Source of the DNA: Endomicrobiales bacterium
GTDB taxonomy: Bacteria; Elusimicrobiota; Endomicrobiia; Endomicrobiales; JALOBY01
DNA length: 64,000 nucleotides
Assembly: GCA_963796955.1 (NCBI GenBank)
Contig: CAWCNJ010000008.1
Span: 384,001-448,000, forward strand
Direction: 5' to 3'
The notes under the pieces: generated by a model
The model's database searches: none
What the model was told of the DNA's origin: nothing
Seen by the model: only the letters and a program-made list of their open reading frames with translations
Made by a program: the position numbers and the translations under genes
Shown: in pieces, positions 28,991 through 37,879 of the stretch
Position numbering within the stretch: position 1 is the stretch's first letter
How the letters are laid out: each line of letters begins with the position of its first letter

Positions 28991-29991
28991 AAAAAACCAG
29001 AACGGCGCTTATTATCTGCTTCACTCTTGTTACGGTGCGCAGCGCTTATTGCGTGACAGCGGGGACTTCAGGAGCGGACTTCCTGCGCATAGGTGTCAGC
29101 GCCCGGCCCTCAGCCATGGGGGAAACAGCCGCAACCCTTGACGGCGCAAGCGCCCTGTTCTATAATCCTGCCGGACTTTCAACCGTTGACAACGCCGAAT
29201 TCACGGCGGCTCAGGTTAACTGGATAGAGAACATCAGTTACTCAAATTTCGGGGCCGCTAAAACATTTTCGTTCGGCACGCTGGCCCTGGGCGCGAATTA
29301 CCTCAGTGTCCCGCCGATACAGATGGTGGACAATACCGGTACAAAATTGAACGATAACTACACGGTTAATAATATGTGTCTTACGCTTGGATATGCCAGA
29401 ACGCTGGCGGCCGGTTTACGGGCCGGCGTCACGGCAAGCCGTATAAACAGCTCTATTGCGGATTATTCGGCGACCGCTTTTGCGGCAAGCGCCGGCATGC
29501 AGTATGAGATCTCCAGACCGCTCACCTTGGGCGTTGCGATCCAGAATCTCGGCAGTACCATGAAGTTTAACCAGGAAGGTGACCCGCTACCAACGAATTA
29601 CAAGGCAGGCGCAGCCTATACGATATCTTTTGAAAATGAAGGTGATACCAGGGAAACATCCTTAGCGAATGAGCGCACGCTGACGATAGCCGGCGATGCG
29701 AATATGTCCCGGGAGGTCGGATTGTACGGGAACGCAGGGCTTGAATATTCCATGGTATTCAACGAAGCCATGAAACTGAGCTTACGCGGTGGTTACCGCT
29801 CGGACCTTAACGAAAAAGTGAACGGCTTCTCGCTGGGGCTCGGCACAAACCTCGGCGCTTTCACCGTAGATTATGCTTACTCCGGCCTTGGCGATCTTGG
29901 CATGGCACACCGCCTCACCGTCTCCTATCGAATAGCAACACCCGCCCAGAAAAGCAGGCGTTCCGCCCGGAAAAATAACTACCTGAATTAA
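28987..29991 (+). CDS. PorV/PorQ-family outer membrane beta-barrel
   Basis: FLRIGVSARPSAMG, LFYNPAGL, NLG, LRGGY and DYAY..GDLG.AHR motifs; ATGA overlap with the FN3 gene. Confidence 0.82.
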   Translation: MKKTRTALIICFTLVTVRSAYCVTAGTSGADFLRIGVSARPSAMGETAATLDGASALFYNPAGLSTVDNAEFTAAQVNWIENISYSNFGAAKTFSFGTLALGANYLSVPPIQMVDNTGTKLNDNYTVNNMCLTLGYARTLAAGLRAGVTASRINSSIADYSATAFAASAGMQYEISRPLTLGVAIQNLGSTMKFNQEGDPLPTNYKAGAAYTISFENEGDTRETSLANERTLTIAGDANMSREVGLYGNAGLEYSMVFNEAMKLSLRGGYRSDLNEKVNGFSLGLGTNLGAFTVDYAYSGLGDLGMAHRLTVSYRIATPAQKSRRSARKNNYLN

Positions 29992-30007
29992 AAGATTCGT
30001 GAAGTGA

Positions 30008-32125
30008 TCAGTGCGCTTTAGCGGACTGACGCAGCAGGAAGGAATTGTACTTAATGCAGGCTACCGCGACAGCGCTGCCTATAATGGCGCCGGCAACGAC
30101 ATCCACCGGAAAATGCGCACCGACATAAATCCGCGACACACCCATCAGCGCGGCAATAATGAAATACGCGTACCAAAACCTTTTGAACCGGTAGGCCATG
30201 TAAACAGCCGACCCAAAAGCCGTCTGGGTGTGGCCGGAAGGGAAAGAGGCGTTGTAGAACATAAGCCCGAGCGTGTGCACACTGGGGCCGAATAACATCG
30301 GCGGGCGCAGACGTCCGAACATACGCTTAAGTATCTGGACCAGAATACCGCCTATCAAAAGTATAAGCACCAGTAGCAGTAATTCCCGCCAGAAAACATC
30401 CCTGCGTTTAAACCACAACAAGATACCTATCAAAACAACCAGCGGCGGCCCGGTGGCTATCCAGGTAAGCGTGCCGAAAAAAATGTCGCTCACCGGGTTG
30501 CATTTTGCCAGATTGCATTGCCTGAAAAGTTTCCAATCAAGCTTCCGCAGGGCCCAGGTCATATCTAAATGCTTCCCAAGCGCCGCGTCGGTATAGGCAG
30601 GGGCAAGTTTGGAGAGGTCGAACCGGTGGCATACGGTAATCTGGAATACCCTGATCTTACGACCGTTGCGGTATATCTCCAGTGGTATCGACGCGTCACA
30701 TTTGCTGAAGGGATAATCAGCCGCGGGATCGGTCACGAAACGGTTGTCCGTCACAAAGACCGCATCTTTTCCGTCAAGAGCCGACAGATCCCTTTGCCAA
30801 AAGTCGTAGGCATCGGTTCGCTCGCTCAGGCAATAGATAGGCAGATCGCCGGGCACGTAAAAGCTGAGCTGGCTTGCGATATAGTGGCGATGCGCCAGCA
30901 CGAATGTGCCGGGTTTCTGTTGCCCAACGATCTCAGCCACTTTCATACCGACGGTCTTCCAACCGTACAACTCATTCGTTACATCCACTTTTTCCGGCTT
31001 GCCGACACCGTCTTCTACTTTAGCCGCATCGGCGGCGCTTAAAAATGCCTCCGGCGGCAGTATTTTATAAACGGCCTGCAGCGGGACCAGAACGGTCAGG
31101 AACAAACCAAAACCCCATGCGAGATACGTGCTCCACTTACGCCAGGGCCGGTCTATCCACGATAGTGTGTAATGCGCGAGCAATGGTACCAGCATAAGAT
31201 AACCCATGGCGGGCCAGTGAGGAAGGATCTCATTGAAGCTCGCTATGCCGTTAAAAAGCAGCAGCGTGGGTAGCGCGAAAGAAAGAGCAAATAGTTTATC
31301 GAATGAACGTGTGCTCAGCCAATTACGCAGTCCCGTTATCAAGGCAGCCCAATAAAAAAAGAACAGGAAGGGGGAAATATACCCGGCCTGGGCCCCCAGG
31401 CAGCGACCCAGCAATTCCGGTTTGAACTTAGGCAGACCGCCGCCTGAACCGAAGCCATGATGCAGCTGAAAACCGAACGAGGCCCAGCCGTTCTCCATGT
31501 TCCACAAGATCACCGGCGTGAACAACACAAAAGCCGTTAAAAGCATCGCGTACGGTTCTACCCGTGAAAGCCATTTTCGGTCTTTCGGCGAAAATGCGAG
31601 CACAGCGAAAACACCGGGCACCAGCAATATCGCGTTGTATTTGCTGAGAAGACCCAGACCGAGGATCAATCCTGAGGCATACCACCAGAAGGGTTTTTCC
31701 GTCGTCAGAGCGCGCTCGAAAGTCGAAAGGAAGGCCATCCAGAAAAAAGCAAGCAGCGCGTCGGGCACCGTAAGCACCGCCCCAAGGAAGGAGAAAACGG
31801 GGGTAACGTTCAGCAGCACGACCGACCAAAAGGCTGTCTTTTCGCCGTAGAACCTGCGGGCCAGTTGCCACAGGAGCAGGCTTGTTCCGACGAACAACAA
31901 CACTGTCGGCAGCCTGACCGCGAACTCGCTATGGCCGAATAGTGAAACGAAAAGTTTGATAATATAACCGACCGCAGGGGGGTGGTCGAAGTAAGAAAGG
32001 TCGGGATGCAGGCTGTACGCGAAATAATGCGCTTCATCGTCGCCAAGTCCGATAGAGCCGATAACCAGCAGGCGCAGTATAGCGGATACGGCCACGATCA
32101 GCATTGAGAGCAAAGAGACACTCAA
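30008..32125 (-). CDS. ArnT/PMT-type (GT-C) glycosyltransferase fused to a C-terminal PAP2 phosphatase
   Basis: N-terminal DDEAHY...YFDHPP and LSKY motifs; C-terminal KRMFGRLRP, SFPSGH and SRIYVGAHFPVDV motifs. Confidence 0.85.
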   Translation of the reverse strand: MSVSLLSMLIVAVSAILRLLVIGSIGLGDDEAHYFAYSLHPDLSYFDHPPAVGYIIKLFVSLFGHSEFAVRLPTVLLFVGTSLLLWQLARRFYGEKTAFWSVVLLNVTPVFSFLGAVLTVPDALLAFFWMAFLSTFERALTTEKPFWWYASGLILGLGLLSKYNAILLVPGVFAVLAFSPKDRKWLSRVEPYAMLLTAFVLFTPVILWNMENGWASFGFQLHHGFGSGGGLPKFKPELLGRCLGAQAGYISPFLFFFYWAALITGLRNWLSTRSFDKLFALSFALPTLLLFNGIASFNEILPHWPAMGYLMLVPLLAHYTLSWIDRPWRKWSTYLAWGFGLFLTVLVPLQAVYKILPPEAFLSAADAAKVEDGVGKPEKVDVTNELYGWKTVGMKVAEIVGQQKPGTFVLAHRHYIASQLSFYVPGDLPIYCLSERTDAYDFWQRDLSALDGKDAVFVTDNRFVTDPAADYPFSKCDASIPLEIYRNGRKIRVFQITVCHRFDLSKLAPAYTDAALGKHLDMTWALRKLDWKLFRQCNLAKCNPVSDIFFGTLTWIATGPPLVVLIGILLWFKRRDVFWRELLLLVLILLIGGILVQILKRMFGRLRPPMLFGPSVHTLGLMFYNASFPSGHTQTAFGSAVYMAYRFKRFWYAYFIIAALMGVSRIYVGAHFPVDVVAGAIIGSAVAVACIKYNSFLLRQSAKAH

Positions 32126-32832
32126 GCGTTCTTTCCCGTTAGCCTTAATTTCAGTACGCGCAGTAAATATTTTATGAGCGTCGCGGGTTTAAGTTTAGAT
32201 TCACCGGTCCCTCTCGGCATAAATTCAATGGGGACTTCGATTATCTTCATGCCGGTCTTTTTCAGGAAATATAGCACTTCGCTGACAATGAATGGATCGC
32301 GGGCAGTTAAGTGAGGCAAGATGTTTTCCATGGCACTTCGCGAAAACATGCGATAACCTGAGGTTGGGTCTTTTATATTTACCCCAAGGACAAGGGCAAG
32401 ATATACCCTGGCAAAATTGCTGATCAGCTGGCGCAGTAATGTGCGCTGCTCATCCCTGCCGCCGGGAACGTAACGGGAACCTATAGCGACATCAAAACCG
32501 GGGGCCTTTAACGATTCCCGCAACACAAAAATATATTTCGGAGCGTGCGACATATCGCCGTCCATCTCGACGATATATCGAGCGCCCATCTCGAGCGCTT
32601 TTTGGAAACCGTCAATGCCCGCCCAGCCGCGGCCTCTGCGTTCAGTGCGGTTAAGCAGGTGAACCCGGTCATTGGTCTGTGCGATATTCTCAACGATCCT
32701 GCAGGTGCCGTCGGGGGAATTATCATCTACGATCAATACGTGCAGATCCAGCGGCAAGGCGCAAAGCTCTGTTATCAAAGCGCTTACATTACCAGCCTCA
32801 TTGTAGGTCGGCACCATCACCACAATATCCAT
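32122..32832 (-). CDS. Polyprenol-phosphate mannose synthase-like GT2
   Basis: PTYNEAGN, VDDNSPDGT, EMDGDMSH, GSRYV.GG and DPTSGYR motifs. Confidence 0.9.
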   Translation of the reverse strand: MDIVVMVPTYNEAGNVSALITELCALPLDLHVLIVDDNSPDGTCRIVENIAQTNDRVHLLNRTERRGRGWAGIDGFQKALEMGARYIVEMDGDMSHAPKYIFVLRESLKAPGFDVAIGSRYVPGGRDEQRTLLRQLISNFARVYLALVLGVNIKDPTSGYRMFSRSAMENILPHLTARDPFIVSEVLYFLKKTGMKIIEVPIEFMPRGTGESKLKPATLIKYLLRVLKLRLTGKNA

Positions 32833-32840
32833 AGGTATCC

Positions 32841-33971
32841 TTATAAAAGCTCCTGCAACGCTGACCAGACGAGTTCCGGTTTAAGCGTGTCCATGCAGGT
32901 CGGCTTATTTTCACAGGAGGGTTTGTAGCAGCACACACAAGGCATATCGGGCACCACTTTCAGGCCCTGCCCGTACATTTCCAGTTCGGCTGCAGAAGTG
33001 GGTCCCACCAGCGCCAGAACCTTCTTCTTCAGCCCAAGCGCCGCATGCAGCGCCATGGTATCACCACAAACGATCACATCGCACAGATCAAGCTTGGCGA
33101 AGAAATCAGGGAGGGCGTTATCTGTCCCGCTGCCGACCGCTTTACCGCGGCAGCGCTTAAGCAACAGTTTGATCAATGTGCTTTCTTCCGGCCCGCCCAG
33201 CAGCAACACCTTATAGCCCGCCTTGTAAAGCGCATTTATAATGTATACATACCCTTTGACCGTCCAACGTTTTAGCCTCCAACGTCCGCCGGCGCCGGGA
33301 TTAATGCCTACTATCTTTTGATCACTGAGTCCATGCTTCTTTGAGAAGGCCTGCGCAACGGCCTGAGCCTCGCGCGAGACCGGCACATAGATCGGATGAT
33401 CCGGACGTTTTAACCCTGCGATCTGAGACATCCACCATTGATATGTTTTTGTATTGGCTTTCTTCAGTCCGTCAAAAGCACTCATCTGAAGCCATTGGAG
33501 GGCGCGGTTATTGGAACTATGTATCCTGCGTTTCCCATCCAACCAATAACCTATTTTAGTATTCGCGCAGGCCATAGTCGCAAGGGTCAGGCTGAGCGGC
33601 GAGAGATCCAGGTTTATAACGACATCGAACTTTTCACCAGCTATTATCTGCCCGAAAACCTCTTTGCCAAACGGCCAGATCCGGTCGATCAGCGGATTGC
33701 TTTTCAACACATCAACAGAAACGGGCGCGACCACCCATGTTACATGGATAGAGCCGTATTTTTCTTTCAGTCCTGGGAGCAGGAAAGTCGTGCGCAAAAC
33801 ATCGCCCATGGCATCCAGCTTTATGATCAATATTTTCTTTGTTTTGGAAGGTTTGACAGAAGGCAGAGCCACGTAATGCCCGCACCGGCAGACAACGCCG
33901 GACTTCTTATGAAATTGGCATGGCCGGTCCAGGGGAAAATGGATACAATCAGTCAGAACGTTTGGTTTCAT
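32841..33971 (-). CDS. GT9 (ADP-heptose:LPS heptosyltransferase-like) glycosyltransferase
   Basis: IIKLDAMGDVL, GINPGAG...KRW, GDTMALHAA and GPT motifs. Confidence 0.88.
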   Translation of the reverse strand: MKPNVLTDCIHFPLDRPCQFHKKSGVVCRCGHYVALPSVKPSKTKKILIIKLDAMGDVLRTTFLLPGLKEKYGSIHVTWVVAPVSVDVLKSNPLIDRIWPFGKEVFGQIIAGEKFDVVINLDLSPLSLTLATMACANTKIGYWLDGKRRIHSSNNRALQWLQMSAFDGLKKANTKTYQWWMSQIAGLKRPDHPIYVPVSREAQAVAQAFSKKHGLSDQKIVGINPGAGGRWRLKRWTVKGYVYIINALYKAGYKVLLLGGPEESTLIKLLLKRCRGKAVGSGTDNALPDFFAKLDLCDVIVCGDTMALHAALGLKKKVLALVGPTSAAELEMYGQGLKVVPDMPCVCCYKPSCENKPTCMDTLKPELVWSALQELL

Positions 33972-34027
33972 AACCGATATAGAATACCAGATTTTTATTT
34001 CGAGGTCAATTTTGATATAATCCCCTT

Positions 34028-34816
34028 ATGAATGCACTATCAAAACTGGACTTATTACTGGCGGACTACGGCAAGGTTCTTATTGCCTATTCCGGAGGGG
34101 TAGATTCCACTTTTTTGCTGGCACGGGCGGTAAAAGTGCTTGGGAAGGCTAACGTGCTAGCAGTAACCGCTGTAAGCGAGACTTATCCTGCTTCTGAGAT
34201 GGCGCAGGCAAGAAAGATGGTAAAGCTTATCGGGGCCCGCCATAAGTTTATTCACACCGAAGAACTTTCAAATAAGAACTTCTCTAAAAACCCTGTGCGG
34301 CGCTGCTTTTATTGCAAGGACGAACTTTTCCGTAAACTGAGCGGGCTTGCAAAACAGAATAAGATGACCCTGATCGATGCGACAAATTTTTCGGACCTCG
34401 GCGATTACCGCCCGGGGCGCGATGCCGCGAAGAAATGGATGGTGCGCTCTCCGCTTATCGAGGCCGGCATTACCAAAGACATGCTACGTACATTCAGCCG
34501 GGAAATGCATCTGCCCATCTGGAACGCGCCGGCCCAGGCGTGCCTTGCTTCCCGTTTCCCTTACGGCACACAGATCACCGCAGGCGGACTGAAAAAAGTC
34601 GAAGCCGCTGAAACGTACTTGAAAAAGCTTGGGCTGCGCACGGTACGGGTGCGCAATCACGGCGATATAGCGCGCATAGAAACAGACTCCTCAGAGATAA
34701 CCAAACTCTTCAGCAAAACCAACCCTGAAAAGATCACGGCTGCCCTTAACAAACTCGGCTGGAAACATATCGCGGTGGAACTGCAGGGCTACAAAACCGG
34801 GAGTTTAAACCCATGA
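34028..34816 (+). CDS. larE: ATP-dependent sacrificial sulfur transferase LarE-like
   Basis: PP-loop AYSGGVDS; RCFYCK, DYRPG, ACLASRFPYG and RVRNHG motifs. Confidence 0.9.
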   Translation: MNALSKLDLLLADYGKVLIAYSGGVDSTFLLARAVKVLGKANVLAVTAVSETYPASEMAQARKMVKLIGARHKFIHTEELSNKNFSKNPVRRCFYCKDELFRKLSGLAKQNKMTLIDATNFSDLGDYRPGRDAAKKWMVRSPLIEAGITKDMLRTFSREMHLPIWNAPAQACLASRFPYGTQITAGGLKKVEAAETYLKKLGLRTVRVRNHGDIARIETDSSEITKLFSKTNPEKITAALNKLGWKHIAVELQGYKTGSLNP

Positions 34817-35524
34817 ACGTTATTATTGAAGAAGTACGGCGGCAATTAAAAGCGAACGCCGATGAAAAGACCAGGCTGAGCGGCGAGCGTTTTTTTAAAC
34901 ATACGATAAGATCCTACGGTGTAAAAAGCGCCACGGTCGGCAAGATCGCAGGGCAAATATATAAGTCTTCGGTCAAAGATAAAAGCAAGAAAGATATTTT
35001 CGATCTGTGCCTGGAACTGTGGCGGTCCGGCTACATGGAAGAAGGATTTGTTGCCTGTGAATGGTCATACAACCTGCGCAAGAATTATCAACCGGAAGAT
35101 TTTTTGATATTCGATAATATCGTGAGCAGCCATATCCGCAACTGGGCCTCCTGCGATACCTTTTGCAACCATACCGTTCGGCGCATTCATCGAAATGTAT
35201 CCGGCCTTCCTTTCGAAGCTGAAGAAATGGGCCGTTTCAGACAACCTGTGGATGCGGCGTGCCTCGGCCGTGTCTTTGATAGTACCCGCAAGAAACGGAA
35301 AATTCCTGAAAGATGTTTTTGAGATAGCGGATATTCTGCTGATGGATAGTGAAGACATGGTGCAAAAAGGCTATGGCTGGCTGCTGAAAGTGGCAAGCCA
35401 GGTTCATCAGAAAGAAGTTTTTAAGTATGTTATGGAACATAAAGATGTCATGCCCAGGACCGCGCTTCGCTACGCGATAGAAAAAATGCCTAAAGAACTT
35501 AAGCTCAAAGCCATGCAAAAGTAG
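34813..35524 (+). pseudogene. DNA alkylation repair protein (AlkD-like) with a +1 frameshift at 35177-35179
   Basis: NWASCDTFCNHTV in one frame continues as GAFIEMYP...W.RRAS...DMVQKGYGW.LK...RYAIEK in another. Confidence 0.85.
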
Positions 35525-35621
35525 CCCCTCCGCTCCCACCCGAAACCTTACGAACCCTAAAGTCAGTTAAATCAGCAAACCGGCAATATTCATAGAGAGT
35601 GCGATATGGAATAATATCATT

Positions 35622-36731
35622 ATGGATATATTCTCGAAATACGCTCTCGGAGATTTTGTGCTCGCCAACCGCATGATCATGGCGCCCATGACGCGCAGCC
35701 GGGCGGTAGACGGAGATGTGCCTAATCCTTTAGCAGCGGTTTATTACGCGCAACGGGCGTGTGCCGGATTGATAATTTCAGAAGGTTCGCAGGTAAGCTC
35801 CATGGGGAAAGGGTACGTGCGCACTCCGGGTATCTATTCCACCGCGCAGGTGGAAGGATGGAAGCGCGTGACCGAGGCGGTGCACAAGGCAGGCGGTAAG
35901 ATCTTTTTACAACTATGGCATGTGGGACGGGTCTCGCATCCGGATTTCCACAACGGCGCTTTGCCGGTCGCGCCTTCGGCCCTGCCTGTTGACGGATACA
36001 TTTTAACGCCCGGAGGACAAAAAAAGATAGTTACGCCCAGGGCGCTGGAGTTAAGCGAACTCCCCGGGATCGTTGAACAGTTCGCCGAGGGCGCTGAAAA
36101 CGCGATGGAAGCCGGCTTTGACGGCGTTGAGATACACGGCGCTAACGGTTATTTACTTGATCAATTTCTCAGAGCGGGCTCAAATATGCGCACTGATGAG
36201 TATGGCGGAAGCATAGAGAACCGCACACGCCTGGCCGTTGAAGTAACAAAGGCGGTGATCGGTGTGTGGGGTAAAGGACGTGTCGGATACCGGATATCAC
36301 CGCACAATCTGCTGCGTTCAATGTATGATCCCAACCCTAAGCAGACCTTCCCATATCTGGCTGCGCGATTAAGAAGCCTGGGTATCGGTTATCTGCACAT
36401 GATCGAATCGCTTGGCGGCGGCAGAACACCGAAGGTACCCGATGAAGAAAGGATGGCACCGCATATACGGGAAATATTCAAACATACGCTGATCCTGAAC
36501 GGCGGATACCTCTCAGAAAGCGCGAACCGTGCTATCAGGACAGATTACGCGGATCTGATATCTTTCGGTGAACCGTTCCTGGCGAACCCGGATCTGCCGT
36601 ATAGATTTAAGGCTAAACTGGCTTTGAACATACCAAACCCGGCAACATACTATACCGGCGAAGCGACCGGCTACACGGATTATCCCGTATCGGGTAAGCA
36701 GGCTGCTGAAAAACAATGTGTGCCGGGATAA
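35622..36731 (+). CDS. Old Yellow Enzyme family alkene reductase (NemA-like)
   Basis: MAPMTRSRA, QLWHVGR, EIHGANGYLLDQF and NPDLP motifs. Confidence 0.93.
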   Translation: MDIFSKYALGDFVLANRMIMAPMTRSRAVDGDVPNPLAAVYYAQRACAGLIISEGSQVSSMGKGYVRTPGIYSTAQVEGWKRVTEAVHKAGGKIFLQLWHVGRVSHPDFHNGALPVAPSALPVDGYILTPGGQKKIVTPRALELSELPGIVEQFAEGAENAMEAGFDGVEIHGANGYLLDQFLRAGSNMRTDEYGGSIENRTRLAVEVTKAVIGVWGKGRVGYRISPHNLLRSMYDPNPKQTFPYLAARLRSLGIGYLHMIESLGGGRTPKVPDEERMAPHIREIFKHTLILNGGYLSESANRAIRTDYADLISFGEPFLANPDLPYRFKAKLALNIPNPATYYTGEATGYTDYPVSGKQAAEKQCVPG

Positions 36732-36752
36732 TTTCAGAAATAAGGGGGCTTA

Positions 36753-37652
36753 ATGAATAATAAAATACTGGTAACTGGCGCGACCGGCAATATCGGCAAT
36801 TTTCTCGTGCAGCGGCTTAAGGAAAAAGGGGCCGATTTCGTTGCCGGCGTTCCCGGACCGGAGATGGGAAAACTCGACAGTTTAGGAATAAATGCCGTCG
36901 AGCTGGATTTCAATGATGATAAGACACTGGACAAGGCCATGAAGGGTATGGATACGCTGTTCATGCTGCTGCCTTTGGAAGAGCAAATGAGCGAATGGGG
37001 AAGGAATCTGGTGTACGCCGCCAAACGCAACAGGATAAAATTCGTGCTGCGCTCTTCCGTGATAGATTCAAACCCGGAATCGAAACACTTGCTTTTTAAG
37101 ATACACGGGCAGATCGATCACATTCTGCGGGCCAGCGGCATACCTTTTTGTATAGTGCACCCCAACTCGTTCATGCAAAATTTCGTCGTGTACCTGGGCG
37201 AGATGATAAACAATACCGGAACATTTTCGTTCGCCCACGGGAATGCGCGGATCAGTTACAACGATGTACGCGATGTTGCCGCCGTTGACGCCGAAATAAT
37301 AACCAACCCCGATCTTCATCGCGGCAGGGAATACATCGTGACGGGGCCCAGAGCGGTTACCGATCACGAGATAGCAGAAATGCTCTCGAAAGCGGCCGGT
37401 CGGGAAATAAAATATGTTCCCTTGAGCGAAGAACAATATACCGAAGAACTGGTGAAGGAACGGCTCTCTGAATGGCAGGTTAAAGTAAATCTCAGCCTTG
37501 AACACAATGCGTTGGAAGACAAACAGTCGGTGCTTTCGGGCATCGTACGCAAGATAACCGGGAAAAACCCGATATCATTCGATCAATTCGCGATGGATTA
37601 CGCTGCAACATGGAAAAAAGTAAAAGCAGGCGCCTCAGCCGGGGGACGTTAA
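36753..37652 (+). CDS. NmrA-like atypical SDR NAD(P)-binding protein
   Basis: ILVTGATGNIG, FMQN, DVRDVA and TGP motifs. Confidence 0.85.
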   Translation: MNNKILVTGATGNIGNFLVQRLKEKGADFVAGVPGPEMGKLDSLGINAVELDFNDDKTLDKAMKGMDTLFMLLPLEEQMSEWGRNLVYAAKRNRIKFVLRSSVIDSNPESKHLLFKIHGQIDHILRASGIPFCIVHPNSFMQNFVVYLGEMINNTGTFSFAHGNARISYNDVRDVAAVDAEIITNPDLHRGREYIVTGPRAVTDHEIAEMLSKAAGREIKYVPLSEEQYTEELVKERLSEWQVKVNLSLEHNALEDKQSVLSGIVRKITGKNPISFDQFAMDYAATWKKVKAGASAGGR

Positions 37653-37675
37653 AATATATAAACACGGGGGATAAC

Positions 37676-37828
37676 ATGCTTTGGACTATCGCGGTAATAC
37701 TTCTCGTTTTGTGGTTGCTTGGTCTCGTAAGTTCTTACACAATGGGCGGCTTTATACATGTGTTACTGGTCATCGCCATTGTATTAGTGCTTATCCGTGT
37801 GATCCAGGGAAAAAATCCGTTAAAATAA
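37676..37828 (+). CDS. Small membrane protein, lmo0937/DUF5670-like (50 aa)
   Basis: MLWTIAVILLVLWLLG...GGFIHVLLVIA; GGGGG RBS. Confidence 0.82.
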   Translation: MLWTIAVILLVLWLLGLVSSYTMGGFIHVLLVIAIVLVLIRVIQGKNPLK

Positions 37829-37879
37829 TTATATCAGGTGTATAGTGCCTTATTCGCTTCAATTTACGCTAACCTCTAG

